Positions 9,766-18,977 are shown, numbered from the stretch's first letter. The stretch: DNA of 64,000 nucleotides from Deltaproteobacteria bacterium (GCA_016212705.1 JACREU010000070.1:72390-136389); one strand, 5' to 3'. Numbers and translations: made by a program. Notes: a model not told the origin generated them from the sequence alone.

Positions 9766-11801
9766 TGTCAAAGGCGCCGCGACTGCACCTTTATACCACG
9801 TTTCACTGCAACCTCGCCTTCTCGACGATTGAGCGCGGGGCCTTCCCTACTGTCATCGAGAGGTGCTACTGGCCAATCCTCCGGCTCGCGGAAGACGGGT
9901 TCCCGGTCGCCATTGAGATGACCGCATGGACCCTTAAGGAGGTCAACGCGCTCGACCCTGGTTTTGTTTCAAGGCTTAAGGAGCTGTGGGATTTGAAGAA
10001 GATCGAGTTCATCGGCTCGGGATTTTCGCAGGCTATCTTCCCGCTCATCCCGACTGAAGTCAACCGATGGAACCTTGAGGCCGGGATGAGGCATTATACG
10101 GAGATACTCGGCAGACGCCCGGAAGTCGCGCTCGTGAACGAGCAGACGTTTTCACGCGGCCTCGTTGACCTTTATAAGGCCGCGGGCTACAAGTCCGTCA
10201 TAATGGACTGGAACAACTCTCATAAATACAATAATTTTCCGAAGGGGCTCGTCTATTTCCCGCAGAGGGCAAAGGGGCTCGCAACCGATATTGAGGTCGT
10301 CTGGAGCCATTCCATCGCCTTCCAGAAGTTCCAGAGGCTCATACACGGCGGCGTATCCACGGAAGAGTACATGGAGTACCTCGCCACGCATTATTCCAAT
10401 AGCGAGGAGAGGTCCTTTGTCCTCTATACCAACGATGCCGAGGTCTTTGATTACAGGCCCGGCAACGAAGAGGTCAAAAAGACCGAGTGGGCGCGCATAC
10501 GCGACCTGCTCTCCCGCATACGAGGGGACGAGAGGTTTACGCTCTCCACGCCCGGGAGGGTGAGCGAGTTTTTCAAGGGTAACCCGAAGGCGGGACACAG
10601 TCTCTCGCTTGAGTCAACGGAGACGCCGGTCGTATGCAAGAAGCAGGACAAATATAACCCCGCTCGCTGGGCCGTAGCCGGGAGGGACAGCGTCCACATC
10701 AACACCGAGTGCTACAGGGTCTACAAAAATATTTCAAGACTGATGGAATCCGGCGCGCTCTCCACGGACGAGGCCGACGAGTACAAGGAGCTGATCTCCG
10801 ACCTCTGGGGGAGTGATTTCAGATCCAATACGATCGACGAGAAGTTTCAGTACTTCCAGAACAGGCTCGGGTGGCTCAAAACCGAGACGGAGCGGCTCCT
10901 CAAGAGGACGCCTGTTATCGCCGGAGGCGCTCCGCCCCCCGCGCTTCAGGCCGGAGAGCCTTTAGTACACGAGGCAGGGAGGCCCTCAAAGAGAGGGGCC
11001 GGGATAACAAGGGCGGAAAACTCGCTTATCATAACGACCGGGACGGTCGAGGCGGAGTTCCTCCCCTCAAGGGGATTCGCCATTAAAAAGGCCGTCTTTC
11101 CCGGGGTCTTCGACAAGCCTCTCATAGGCACTATCCCGCACGGTTACTATGAAGACATAAGGCTCGGCGCAGACTTCTTCACCGGCCACCTTATACACGT
11201 TTCGAGGGACGGGAAGAAGACGACGGACCTTAAACCCGCCACGGCGGATATAACTGAAAACGACGCATCCGTCGTGCTTGAGGCGAAGATGCCTCTGGAC
11301 ATTGGGTTCCTGACGAAGACTTACGAGATATCGAAGACCGAGCCGTCGATATCCCTGAGCCTCAAGCTCAAGGTAAACGGCCTCCTCGCCTCCTCCTTGA
11401 GGCTCGGGATATTCACGTTCTTGCCGGGCTCTTTCGACGCTGATACCCTCTGGTACGAATCTATAAACGGAGGCGCGGGCCCGGAGAGGTTTTCCCTCAA
11501 GGGGAAAACCGTTTCCCATGACGAGCCCGTGAGCCAGGCGGTCTCTGCATCAAGCTGTCTCGGCGCGACCGACGGACGCGTAAGGATAGGGGACTGCCGG
11601 AAGGCCCTGGAGATATCGACGGACAAGTCTAAGCTCTTTTCGGTCCCTATGCTCAGGTACATGGAGCTTGCCGAGGAGGGCAAGTTTTTCCTCCGGCTAC
11701 AGCATTCCGTCGGAGAGGTCGACGACACCGCGTGGTGGGTGTGGCGCGGGGTCAACGAGATAACCTTCAACATAAAGGCCCTCAAAGGGGATGGCAAATG
11801 A
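9765..11801 (+). CDS. GH57-like / polysaccharide-deacetylase-like barrel protein (flagellin glycosylation island)
   Basis: N-terminal ~350 aa resembles the (beta/alpha)7 GH57 fold (LHLYTTFHCN, IEMTAW, VNEQTF). C-terminal half unassigned. Function uncertain. Confidence 0.35.
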   Translation: MSKAPRLHLYTTFHCNLAFSTIERGAFPTVIERCYWPILRLAEDGFPVAIEMTAWTLKEVNALDPGFVSRLKELWDLKKIEFIGSGFSQAIFPLIPTEVNRWNLEAGMRHYTEILGRRPEVALVNEQTFSRGLVDLYKAAGYKSVIMDWNNSHKYNNFPKGLVYFPQRAKGLATDIEVVWSHSIAFQKFQRLIHGGVSTEEYMEYLATHYSNSEERSFVLYTNDAEVFDYRPGNEEVKKTEWARIRDLLSRIRGDERFTLSTPGRVSEFFKGNPKAGHSLSLESTETPVVCKKQDKYNPARWAVAGRDSVHINTECYRVYKNISRLMESGALSTDEADEYKELISDLWGSDFRSNTIDEKFQYFQNRLGWLKTETERLLKRTPVIAGGAPPPALQAGEPLVHEAGRPSKRGAGITRAENSLIITTGTVEAEFLPSRGFAIKKAVFPGVFDKPLIGTIPHGYYEDIRLGADFFTGHLIHVSRDGKKTTDLKPATADITENDASVVLEAKMPLDIGFLTKTYEISKTEPSISLSLKLKVNGLLASSLRLGIFTFLPGSFDADTLWYESINGGAGPERFSLKGKTVSHDEPVSQAVSASSCLGATDGRVRIGDCRKALEISTDKSKLFSVPMLRYMELAEEGKFFLRLQHSVGEVDDTAWWVWRGVNEITFNIKALKGDGK

Positions 11802-13705
11802 CGGTATTTGAGAAGAACCGCCGTAAGATAGCCTCAAAAGACCCCGCTGTCTTCGAAAGGCTTGAAAATTGCCGGTCCGTGGAATTAGAAGAGGCGAAGT
11901 CTGGCGGAGCCACCTTCAGATACAAGGGCATATACTTCCACAGCAGATACAACCCCGCAACTGAAGCCGACGTTCAGGCAGTGGAGATGGCGGGCAAAAA
12001 GCCTGATTGGGTATTTCTCTTCGGGCTCGGTTGCGGGCACCTCTTAAGCGCGCTCGTTCGAAAGGGGTTTAAAAAGGTCATCGTCTTCGAGCCGTCAACT
12101 GAGATATTGAAAGGCGCGCTGGAGAATATCGACCTCTCTTCGGTCTTTGACGAGGAGAAGGTCTTTCTGGCGGTAGATATGCACGCGGCGATAGAGAGGC
12201 TCCGCGGTGAGACCGAAGGGTTTGATAATCTCCTTGTCTACTCCACGGCCCCGTACAGGTCCGTCTTCCCGAAAGAGCTCTCTGATTTCACGAACAGGAT
12301 ACACAACGCGCACATTACGAACCAGGTAGGCATAAAAACGGACATGAAGTCCCGGAGCGCCTGGATAGATAACTACCTCTCGAACCTGAAGGCGCTGCCT
12401 TTTGCCCCGCCCATCGATGTCCTACGGGATAAGTTCAAGGGCGTGCCGATGATAATCGCCGGGGCCGGGCCGTCGCTTAGGAAGAACGGAGAGCTCCTCA
12501 GGGAATTCAAGGGCAGGGCGCTTATAGTCGCGGCCATCACCTCGTATAAGCCGCTCTTGAAGCTTGGGGTAGTCCCGGACTTTGTAATAGCCTCCGAGAT
12601 GGTCGACCTCCCCGAGTACTTCACCTTAGGGGAGGACGACAAAAAGACGAGGCTCATCCTGGGGGAGCTTTCGCACCCCGGGATGTTCGGGAGGGATGTA
12701 AAGGGCAAGTTCGTTTTTTTCAGCCCATACCTTGCGTTATCCTCCTCTCATGCCGGGCTCTGGGGGAGCTCGTACTTCCCGGCCATAGGCGGGTCCGTGA
12801 CGACAGCGGCGCTCGACATGGGTATAATGTTCGGTTGTAACCCGATAACCTTCGTCGGGCAGGACCTCTCATTCGGGGAAAACGAGACGCACGCCCCAGG
12901 CGGCGTCTATGTGGCGCAGAACGTGAGGATAGACAAGGAAAACGGGCTGATATCCGTCGAGGACGAGTACATAAACGATAAGCAGACATACACCTACAAG
13001 CTCCAGTGGTTAAAGGGCCTCTCGGGAAAACCAGTGCCTTCGAAGTACGACTGGGCGACCTTCCACCAGTGGTTTGAGAACTACATGCATTATCTTGAAA
13101 AGGAAAGGCCCGGCGTAAGGGTCATAAACGCTACCGAGGGCGGGGCGTACATAGAGGGAATGGAGCATACGACATTAAGGCACGTGCTCGAAACCTGCCT
13201 GAACAGGGAACTGACCCTTGAGGCGACCATCGACGAGGCGGTTGCGTCGAGGCCGAGGATAGACTATACTTCTCTCGAAGCGTCTTTTAGTGATACGGCC
13301 GCGGTCTTGAGCCGGGTCAACAGGCTCGCCGCCTCAATTCTCAAGGAGGCGGCTGAGGCGAAGGGTATCTATACTAAAATGGGGCTCACCTCCGGGCTAA
13401 AGGGGAATGTAGACAGGATCAAGAGGCTTGAGGAATCGATATTCGATGAATCTGACCGCGCCAAGTTCATGTGGGAGGCGCTTATCAATAATACCTATGC
13501 CCTTAAGGAGTACCTCAAAGAGGATACGGACGGCAAGGCAGGAGAGGGCGTCCAATTTCTCCGGGACCTCGAAGCCGTAATCGTATCCTACAAGTCTATG
13601 ACAGAGGTCTGCCGGAGGTTCGCAAAAAGGTTCGAGGAGGCGGCCTCATCCATAAGGGCGGCCCAAGGCAGTGAAGAAAACAGGGGTATTGCCGCCGGGC
13701 TATGA
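11798..13705 (+). CDS. maf: motility accessory factor (Maf) family flagellin glycosyltransferase (DUF115/MptE-like)
   Basis: MIIAGAGPSLRKN and FVIASEM motifs are typical of Maf proteins. Size ~635 aa. ATGA start/stop overlap with upstream gene. Sits directly upstream of flagellin. Confidence 0.7.
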   Translation: MTVFEKNRRKIASKDPAVFERLENCRSVELEEAKSGGATFRYKGIYFHSRYNPATEADVQAVEMAGKKPDWVFLFGLGCGHLLSALVRKGFKKVIVFEPSTEILKGALENIDLSSVFDEEKVFLAVDMHAAIERLRGETEGFDNLLVYSTAPYRSVFPKELSDFTNRIHNAHITNQVGIKTDMKSRSAWIDNYLSNLKALPFAPPIDVLRDKFKGVPMIIAGAGPSLRKNGELLREFKGRALIVAAITSYKPLLKLGVVPDFVIASEMVDLPEYFTLGEDDKKTRLILGELSHPGMFGRDVKGKFVFFSPYLALSSSHAGLWGSSYFPAIGGSVTTAALDMGIMFGCNPITFVGQDLSFGENETHAPGGVYVAQNVRIDKENGLISVEDEYINDKQTYTYKLQWLKGLSGKPVPSKYDWATFHQWFENYMHYLEKERPGVRVINATEGGAYIEGMEHTTLRHVLETCLNRELTLEATIDEAVASRPRIDYTSLEASFSDTAAVLSRVNRLAASILKEAAEAKGIYTKMGLTSGLKGNVDRIKRLEESIFDESDRAKFMWEALINNTYALKEYLKEDTDGKAGEGVQFLRDLEAVIVSYKSMTEVCRRFAKRFEEAASSIRAAQGSEENRGIAAGL

Positions 13706-13765
13706 CCGGAAGTATGAAGTTTATTTTTAAAGCTCTTGTTTTTAAACGGTTTTCAGGAGATTTGG

Positions 13766-14359
13766 ATGGCCAAGGTCTATCTCGATAACATGCAGATCGA
13801 TTACGAGGACACCGGCAAGGACTCAACGATCCGGGAGCTCGTTAGCGCCCTTGACAAGGAACTATTCTCTCTCAAGCGTTTCATCTTTGAGATAGCCGTG
13901 GACGGGACAGACGCGCCGCACGGATGGAGGGGAGGGGAGTTGTCGGGGAGAAAGCTCTCTGAGTGCGCTGATATCCGGCTTACGACCACATCCGTCGAAG
14001 ACATGGCGATAGTTGGGCTCGATACCGTGCGCGAGTATATAAATGTCATCGGCGAGACGATAGAGGCCTGCGTGAAGGACTTGAGGATCGGGTCTCCTTC
14101 CGCAGAGGTGGCCTTCTCGACGGTATTCGATGGCGTAATTGAGGTGGTAAAGACCATGGACGCCCTCTCACAGGGGACGGTCCGCTATAATATGAAGCTT
14201 TTCAAAAAGAAGCCGGAGGAGTACTACAGCCCCCTCCACCAGAAGCTTGAAACCATTACAAATGTCAGGAAAAGCGGGGACACCGTCCTCCTCGCGGACG
14301 TATTGGAGTATGAGCTCAAGCCTCTTTTGGAGGAGATAAAAGAAGAGGTCTTCCATTAG
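13766..14359 (+). CDS. hypothetical protein between maf and fliC
   Basis: ORF of 197 aa with CAGGAGAT RBS. No recognisable motif. Position suggests a flagellin-associated function. Confidence 0.4.
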   Translation: MAKVYLDNMQIDYEDTGKDSTIRELVSALDKELFSLKRFIFEIAVDGTDAPHGWRGGELSGRKLSECADIRLTTTSVEDMAIVGLDTVREYINVIGETIEACVKDLRIGSPSAEVAFSTVFDGVIEVVKTMDALSQGTVRYNMKLFKKKPEEYYSPLHQKLETITNVRKSGDTVLLADVLEYELKPLLEEIKEEVFH

Positions 14360-14372
14360 GCTAAAAAAAAGT

Positions 14373-14399
14373 TAAAGTAAAAAAACTCACCGCCGATAT
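14373..14399 (+). promoter_or_regulatory. sigma-28 (FliA) type promoter for fliC
   Basis: TAAAGT-N13-GCCGATAT close to the FliA consensus TAAA-N15-GCCGATAA. Preceded by an A8 tract. About 120 nt upstream of fliC. Confidence 0.55.
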
Positions 14400-14518
14400 A
14401 AATATTAAGAGGAGAGAGGCGAGTAAGGCCGAAAAGGAGGGTGGACTTAAGGCCGGCTGAAGACCTCAACACAAAACACGGCAAGGATGCCGATGTAAAA
14501 CACTAAGGAGGGTACACC

Positions 14519-15349
14519 ATGTCATTAGTCATCAATACAAACGTCGCCGCACTCGTAGCCCAGCAGAACCTCGCCACTTCGAACTCCCAGCTGAAAGTAA
14601 GCGTACAGAGACTCTCATCCGGCTTCAGGATCAACAGCTCAGCGGACGATGCCGCGGGCCTTGGCCGCGCCGACCAGCTTAAATCACAGTCGAGGATGAT
14701 CCAGGCCTCCATAAGGAACGTCAACGACGGCGTGAGCGCCATGGAAATAAGCGACAAGGTCGCCGAGCAGATCACGAACATCGTCACAAGGATGGGCGAA
14801 CTGGCCGCAAGCGCCGCGCAGGGCACCCTGGACACCACCAACAGGACCTACTACAGCGACGAGTTCGACAAGCTCAAGAGCGAAATCGACAGGATCGCGA
14901 ACACCACCGAGTTCGGCGGCTACAAGCTCATCAACGGCGACACGTCCTATCTTACGATGTACATAGGCTTCAAGAACTCCACGAACGACCAGCTCTCCGT
15001 ATCGCTAAAGGTCTTGACCACCGGCGCCAGCGGCCTTAACCTCTCGAGCGGCATACTCGGCTCCATCACCGGGGCCCTCTCCGCCCTCGATTCCGTCAGC
15101 GCGGCTTTGAAGACCATCAACGACGCAAGAGCCATCTACGGCGCCTCCTCCAACAGGCTGACCGCGGCGCTTTCGAACCTCCAGGTGACCTTCACGAACT
15201 ACCAGGCCGCCGAATCGAGGATAAGGGACGCGGACTTCGCCTACGAGACCGCGCAGTACACAAAGAACCAGATAATGGTCCAGGCCGGCACCTCGGTGCT
15301 CGCCCAGGCCAACACACTGCCGCAGAACGCGCTTTCGCTTCTTAGGTAG
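14519..15349 (+). CDS. fliC: flagellin
   Basis: Canonical N-terminus MSLVINTNVAALVAQQNLATSNSQL...QRLSSGFRINSAADDAAGL and C-terminus LAQANTLPQNALSLLR. AGGAGGG RBS. Short form, 276 aa. Confidence 0.9.
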   Translation: MSLVINTNVAALVAQQNLATSNSQLKVSVQRLSSGFRINSSADDAAGLGRADQLKSQSRMIQASIRNVNDGVSAMEISDKVAEQITNIVTRMGELAASAAQGTLDTTNRTYYSDEFDKLKSEIDRIANTTEFGGYKLINGDTSYLTMYIGFKNSTNDQLSVSLKVLTTGASGLNLSSGILGSITGALSALDSVSAALKTINDARAIYGASSNRLTAALSNLQVTFTNYQAAESRIRDADFAYETAQYTKNQIMVQAGTSVLAQANTLPQNALSLLR

Positions 15350-15371
15350 TCAAAGATTTAAGCCTTGATCT

Positions 15372-15396
15372 GGCGGGGAGGCTCTGCCTCCCCGCC
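15372..15396 (+). terminator. perfect 11-bp GC hairpin downstream of fliC (no U-tract)
   Basis: GGCGGGGAGGC-TCT-GCCTCCCCGCC lies 22 nt after the fliC stop. Confidence 0.35.
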
Positions 15397-15413
15397 AAGT
15401 CCAGGGAGGGCAT

Positions 15414-15782
15414 ATGAGCATGGAATTCGCGATAAAGGACATTTCAAGGGCCGCAACTGAAAGGCCCGGCGAGGCATCCGGCAAGACCGCCGCCGCTAAA
15501 AAGGCCGAGGTGCGCTCGGGCGTAATCACGGACGCGGCCGAGGCCAAAAAGGACCTGCCCCCGAAGGAAGTCGAGGAGATAGCCTCCGACGTCCAGATCC
15601 ACCTGAAGAGGCTCAACACCGAGCTCAGGTTCGAGGTCGACAATGAATCGGATGAAATGATCATAAAGATCATCGACCCCGAGACCAAGCAGGTGATAAG
15701 GCAGATACCGTCTGAAGAGCTCCTTGCCATAAGGGAGCGGATGAAAGACCTTATAGGGGTCCTTTACAACGCCAGGTCCTGA
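15414..15782 (+). CDS. flaG: flagellar protein FlaG
   Basis: C-terminal IIKIIDPETKQVIRQIPSEELLAIRERM matches the FlaG family. ~120 aa. Located between fliC and fliD. Confidence 0.75.
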   Translation: MSMEFAIKDISRAATERPGEASGKTAAAKKAEVRSGVITDAAEAKKDLPPKEVEEIASDVQIHLKRLNTELRFEVDNESDEMIIKIIDPETKQVIRQIPSEELLAIRERMKDLIGVLYNARS

Positions 15783-15821
15783 AACGACCGGAGAACTCCA
15801 TCTCCATAGGAGCACCGAGCC

Positions 15822-17150
15822 ATGGCCATTTCCGCGACCTCAGGGGTCGTCAGCAACATAGACTATCAAACTCTCATCTCCCAGCTCGTCGGCATAAGAA
15901 GGCAGTCGATTACACAGCTCTCGGAAGATAAGAAGACTCTCGAGAAGACCAACAGCGCCTACTCCAACCTGAACTCCAAGGTCGACGAGTTAAAGAGCGC
16001 GGCTGACGCCCTCAGGAACATGTCCGCCTTCAAGGTGTTCAAGACGACGGTTAGCGACGAGACGATACTCGGCGGCACTGCGTCATCGACCGCGTCAAAG
16101 GGGAGCTATTCGATCGTTGTCACGAACATCGCCAAGGCGCATAAGATAGCGGCCGACGGGTTTGCCGCCGAGACCTCGACAATCGCGGGGGCGGCGGGCT
16201 CCTTCAAGTTCACGGTAGGCGCGGGGGCCGAGCAGACGGTCGCGGTAGACGCCACGACGACGCTCGCCAATCTCCGGGACTCGATAAACGCGCTCGGCGC
16301 GGGGGTCACGGCCTCGATCGTAAACGACGGAAGCGCTACACCCTACAGGCTGATACTCACGAGCGGATCGACAGGGGCTTCAAACGGCGTCACCGTCACG
16401 CAGAACGACACAACGGTCGCGTTCAACACGACCCTCCAGGCCGCGCAGGACGCCTCGTTCACAGTCGACACCATGTCCTTCACGAGGGCGTCGAACACCA
16501 TCACCGACGTCATAACCGGCGTCACCCTCGATCTTAAAAGCGGGGACGCGGCCAAGACAGTCACGCTCTCCGTGGACAGGGACTCCGACAAGATCGCGGA
16601 AAAGGTCACGGAGCTTCTGGACAAGTACAATTCCGCGGTCTCGTACATAAAGGCGAACAACCGCTACGACAGCGAGACGAAGGTAGCCGGCGCGTTTTTC
16701 GGGGACACCGTGGCCAGGTCCGTATGGGACGACTTGAGAAAGGTCATGTCGGGGGCGGTAGCCGGCCTGCCCGACACGATGAACAGGCTCCTCCACATAG
16801 GCGTCACGAGCAGTACGGACGGCGTATACTCACTCGACTCGTCCAAGCTCAAAACCGCGCTTTCGTCGAGCTTCGACGACGTCGTCGCCCTCTTCGAGGA
16901 CGGGACCACGACCGACGGTTTCGGGGCCCTTATGTACAATGCCACATTTGGCATAACAGACACCGCGGACGGCAGGATAAAGGGAAGGCAGGACGGCCTC
17001 CAGGACAATATTAAAAAAATAGACGACGACATAAGGAACAAGGAGTACACGCTTTCGCTTTACGAGGACCAGCTCCGCGCGCAGTTCATGGGTCTTGAGT
17101 CGATGCTCGCGAGCCTTAAGACCCAGTCCAGCTTCCTTTCGAATTTATAG
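15822..17150 (+). CDS. fliD: flagellar filament cap protein FliD
   Basis: N-terminal ISGLVSNIDYQTLISQL-like region and C-terminal coiled coil (LQDNIKKIDDDIRNKEYTL...LESMLASLKTQSSFLS). Confidence 0.85.
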   Translation: MAISATSGVVSNIDYQTLISQLVGIRRQSITQLSEDKKTLEKTNSAYSNLNSKVDELKSAADALRNMSAFKVFKTTVSDETILGGTASSTASKGSYSIVVTNIAKAHKIAADGFAAETSTIAGAAGSFKFTVGAGAEQTVAVDATTTLANLRDSINALGAGVTASIVNDGSATPYRLILTSGSTGASNGVTVTQNDTTVAFNTTLQAAQDASFTVDTMSFTRASNTITDVITGVTLDLKSGDAAKTVTLSVDRDSDKIAEKVTELLDKYNSAVSYIKANNRYDSETKVAGAFFGDTVARSVWDDLRKVMSGAVAGLPDTMNRLLHIGVTSSTDGVYSLDSSKLKTALSSSFDDVVALFEDGTTTDGFGALMYNATFGITDTADGRIKGRQDGLQDNIKKIDDDIRNKEYTLSLYEDQLRAQFMGLESMLASLKTQSSFLSNL

Positions 17151-17158
17151 GAGATCCC

Positions 17159-17578
17159 ATGAACAGGGTGGCGCAGTACCAGAATATACAGGTGATGACC
17201 GCGGACAAGGTCCGCATAATAATAATGCTCTACGACGGGGTATTGCGTTTCAACAGGTGCGCACAGAAGGCCATAGCAGAGAAGAAAATCGAGTCCCGCA
17301 ACCTCTACATAAACAAGTCGCTGGCGATCATAAGCGAGCTCGCCAACTCCCTCAATATGGAGGAGGGCGGCGAAGTCGCCATGAACCTCGCGAGGCTTTA
17401 CGACTTCGCGCAGTCGAGCCTCACAAAGGCGAACCTCACTAACGACGCGTCCGCCATAGACGGGGTCAACAGGGTGATGGCCGAGCTCAAGGCCGGATGG
17501 GAGGCGATAGCGCACTCTTCGAGCGCCACCGCCGCGGAGCCGAGGCGCGAGGGAGCGGGGGTGAGCTATGGGGGCTGA
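17159..17578 (+). CDS. fliS: flagellin-specific chaperone FliS
   Basis: YQNIQVMTADKVRIIIMLYDGVLRF...IISELANSLN is the typical FliS four-helix bundle sequence. Confidence 0.85.
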   Translation: MNRVAQYQNIQVMTADKVRIIIMLYDGVLRFNRCAQKAIAEKKIESRNLYINKSLAIISELANSLNMEEGGEVAMNLARLYDFAQSSLTKANLTNDASAIDGVNRVMAELKAGWEAIAHSSSATAAEPRREGAGVSYGG

Positions 17579-17888
17579 GAGGCGCCTCGATATTCTCCGG
17601 GCCGTGCTTGAGGCCTCTGTCCTGCAGAGGAGGCTCTTCGACGAGAGGAGGTTCGAGGAGCTTGTGTTTAAGCAGAAGGAGAGGGAGGCGCTATTCGCCG
17701 AACTCGCAACGCTCGGACCGATGGACGTTGTCCGGAAGGAGGCCGAGGCGCTCGTAAAGGGGATACTGGAGAGCGACAGGGTCCTGACCCTCTCCATGGA
17801 GTCCGCGAAGGCCGATATCGCCGGCAAGCTCGGCAGGATAAGTAAAGGCGCCATAATGATGAAGGCATACGGCTCTGCCAGCCGTTAG
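17568..17888 (+). CDS. small helical protein downstream of fliS (FliT/FlgN-like candidate)
   Basis: 106 aa, predicted helical with ER-rich repeats. Overlaps the fliS stop. GGGAGCGGGGG RBS. No strong motif. Confidence 0.35.
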   Translation: MGAERRLDILRAVLEASVLQRRLFDERRFEELVFKQKEREALFAELATLGPMDVVRKEAEALVKGILESDRVLTLSMESAKADIAGKLGRISKGAIMMKAYGSASR

Positions 17889-18003
17889 CCAAGACATTTT
17901 TTTGTTGTAATCCGCACTGTTGCATGTTTTTCCTCAGTCCGTTTATTAAGCCGCCGCAATCCGCTAAGCCTTCTTTCCGAACCCCGAAAACACTAAAAAA
18001 AAA

Positions 18004-18032
18004 CTAAAGCAAAAGGCATCTTCCGCCGATAT
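18004..18032 (+). promoter_or_regulatory. second sigma-28 type promoter
   Basis: CTAAAG-N14-GCCGATAT, preceded by an A9 tract, ~40 nt upstream of the FlgM-like ORF. Confidence 0.5.
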
Positions 18033-18069
18033 AAGAAGTGACCGTAAATAAAATTGGGGGAGGGGCCAA

Positions 18070-18270
18070 ATGTTAAAGATAGACACGCTCCCGGGACAGA
18101 ACCTGGCGCTCTCAGACAAGTATTCAAACAATAACGCGAGGGGCCGCCAGGAGGACGCAAGGCCCTCCGAGGGGGATTCGGTTGTTATCTCCGAGGAAGG
18201 CAAGAAGAAGCACATCATGGGCCAGCTCATGGCGCGGATATCCGATAATAACGGCGCCAAGAAACCCTGA
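18070..18270 (+). CDS. FlgM-like anti-sigma-28 mini-protein (candidate)
   Basis: 66 aa. GGGGGAGGGG RBS. DSVVISEEGKK resembles the FlgM motif (D-x-V-x-I/LS-x-x-A/G-K). Directly behind a FliA-type promoter, as expected for a class III gene. Lacks the second FlgM helix. Confidence 0.4.
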   Translation: MLKIDTLPGQNLALSDKYSNNNARGRQEDARPSEGDSVVISEEGKKKHIMGQLMARISDNNGAKKP

Positions 18271-18280
18271 AAATCGCGTA

Positions 18281-18310
18281 TTGACAGGCGCCGCGCCGCA
18301 ATTGTATATT
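18281..18310 (+). promoter_or_regulatory. sigma-70 type promoter
   Basis: TTGACA-N18-TATATT located 40 nt upstream of the REC gene. Confidence 0.4.
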
Positions 18311-18350
18311 TCAACTGCGGCTGTTAACGCACTAAGAAACGGGTCCCACA

Positions 18351-18953
18351 GTGGCGAATGACAACTTCAAGATACTCATAACGGACGACGACGGCGATCT
18401 CCGGGAGCTCTTGACCGAGGCGGTCAAGAACTGGGGCTATACGGTCTCAGTGGCAAAGGACGGGGAAGAGGCCTTGAGGAAGCTCCGCATGGAGAGGTAC
18501 GATATCGTCATCACCGACCTGATGATGCCGGTGATGGACGGGCTCGCGCTCTTGAAAAGGATTAAGGAGCTCGACAGCGAGATACTCGTGATAATCATCA
18601 CGGGATACGCTACGATCGAGACCGCGGTAAAGGCCATCGAGGCCGGCGCCTACGACTACATAGCCAAACCCTTCAGGCTCGACGAGCTGATGATCGTCAT
18701 AAAGAACGCGTGCGAGAGGCTCCGCCTGATGCTCCAGAACAAGGGGCTCCTTGACGAACTCCGGACCGCTTACGGCGAGATATCGGTATTGAAGAACGCG
18801 CTCGCCCAGCAGAACGGCCCGAGGGACCAGAATGATTCAGGCGCGTCCTTCCCGGCCCTGCAGAAGGATGCGCCCCCGCCTCAGAAGCAACAGGAGTACC
18901 TGAAGGAAGCGGACCGCTTCATAAGGACAAAACCGGCGCTCAAGTCGAATTGA
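18351..18953 (+). CDS. response regulator receiver protein (CheY-like REC + Q/P-rich C-terminal tail)
   Basis: ILITDDDGD...DIVITDLMMPVMDG...YIAKPF are the canonical REC residues. GTG start. Confidence 0.75.
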   Translation: MANDNFKILITDDDGDLRELLTEAVKNWGYTVSVAKDGEEALRKLRMERYDIVITDLMMPVMDGLALLKRIKELDSEILVIIITGYATIETAVKAIEAGAYDYIAKPFRLDELMIVIKNACERLRLMLQNKGLLDELRTAYGEISVLKNALAQQNGPRDQNDSGASFPALQKDAPPPQKQQEYLKEADRFIRTKPALKSN

Positions 18954-18977
18954 GAGGGTCGCGTCAGGGAAGACAAG

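Noticed and set aside
17568-17888. Calling this ORF fliT or flgN
   Set aside because: Only position and helical character support it; no diagnostic motif, so left as hypothetical.
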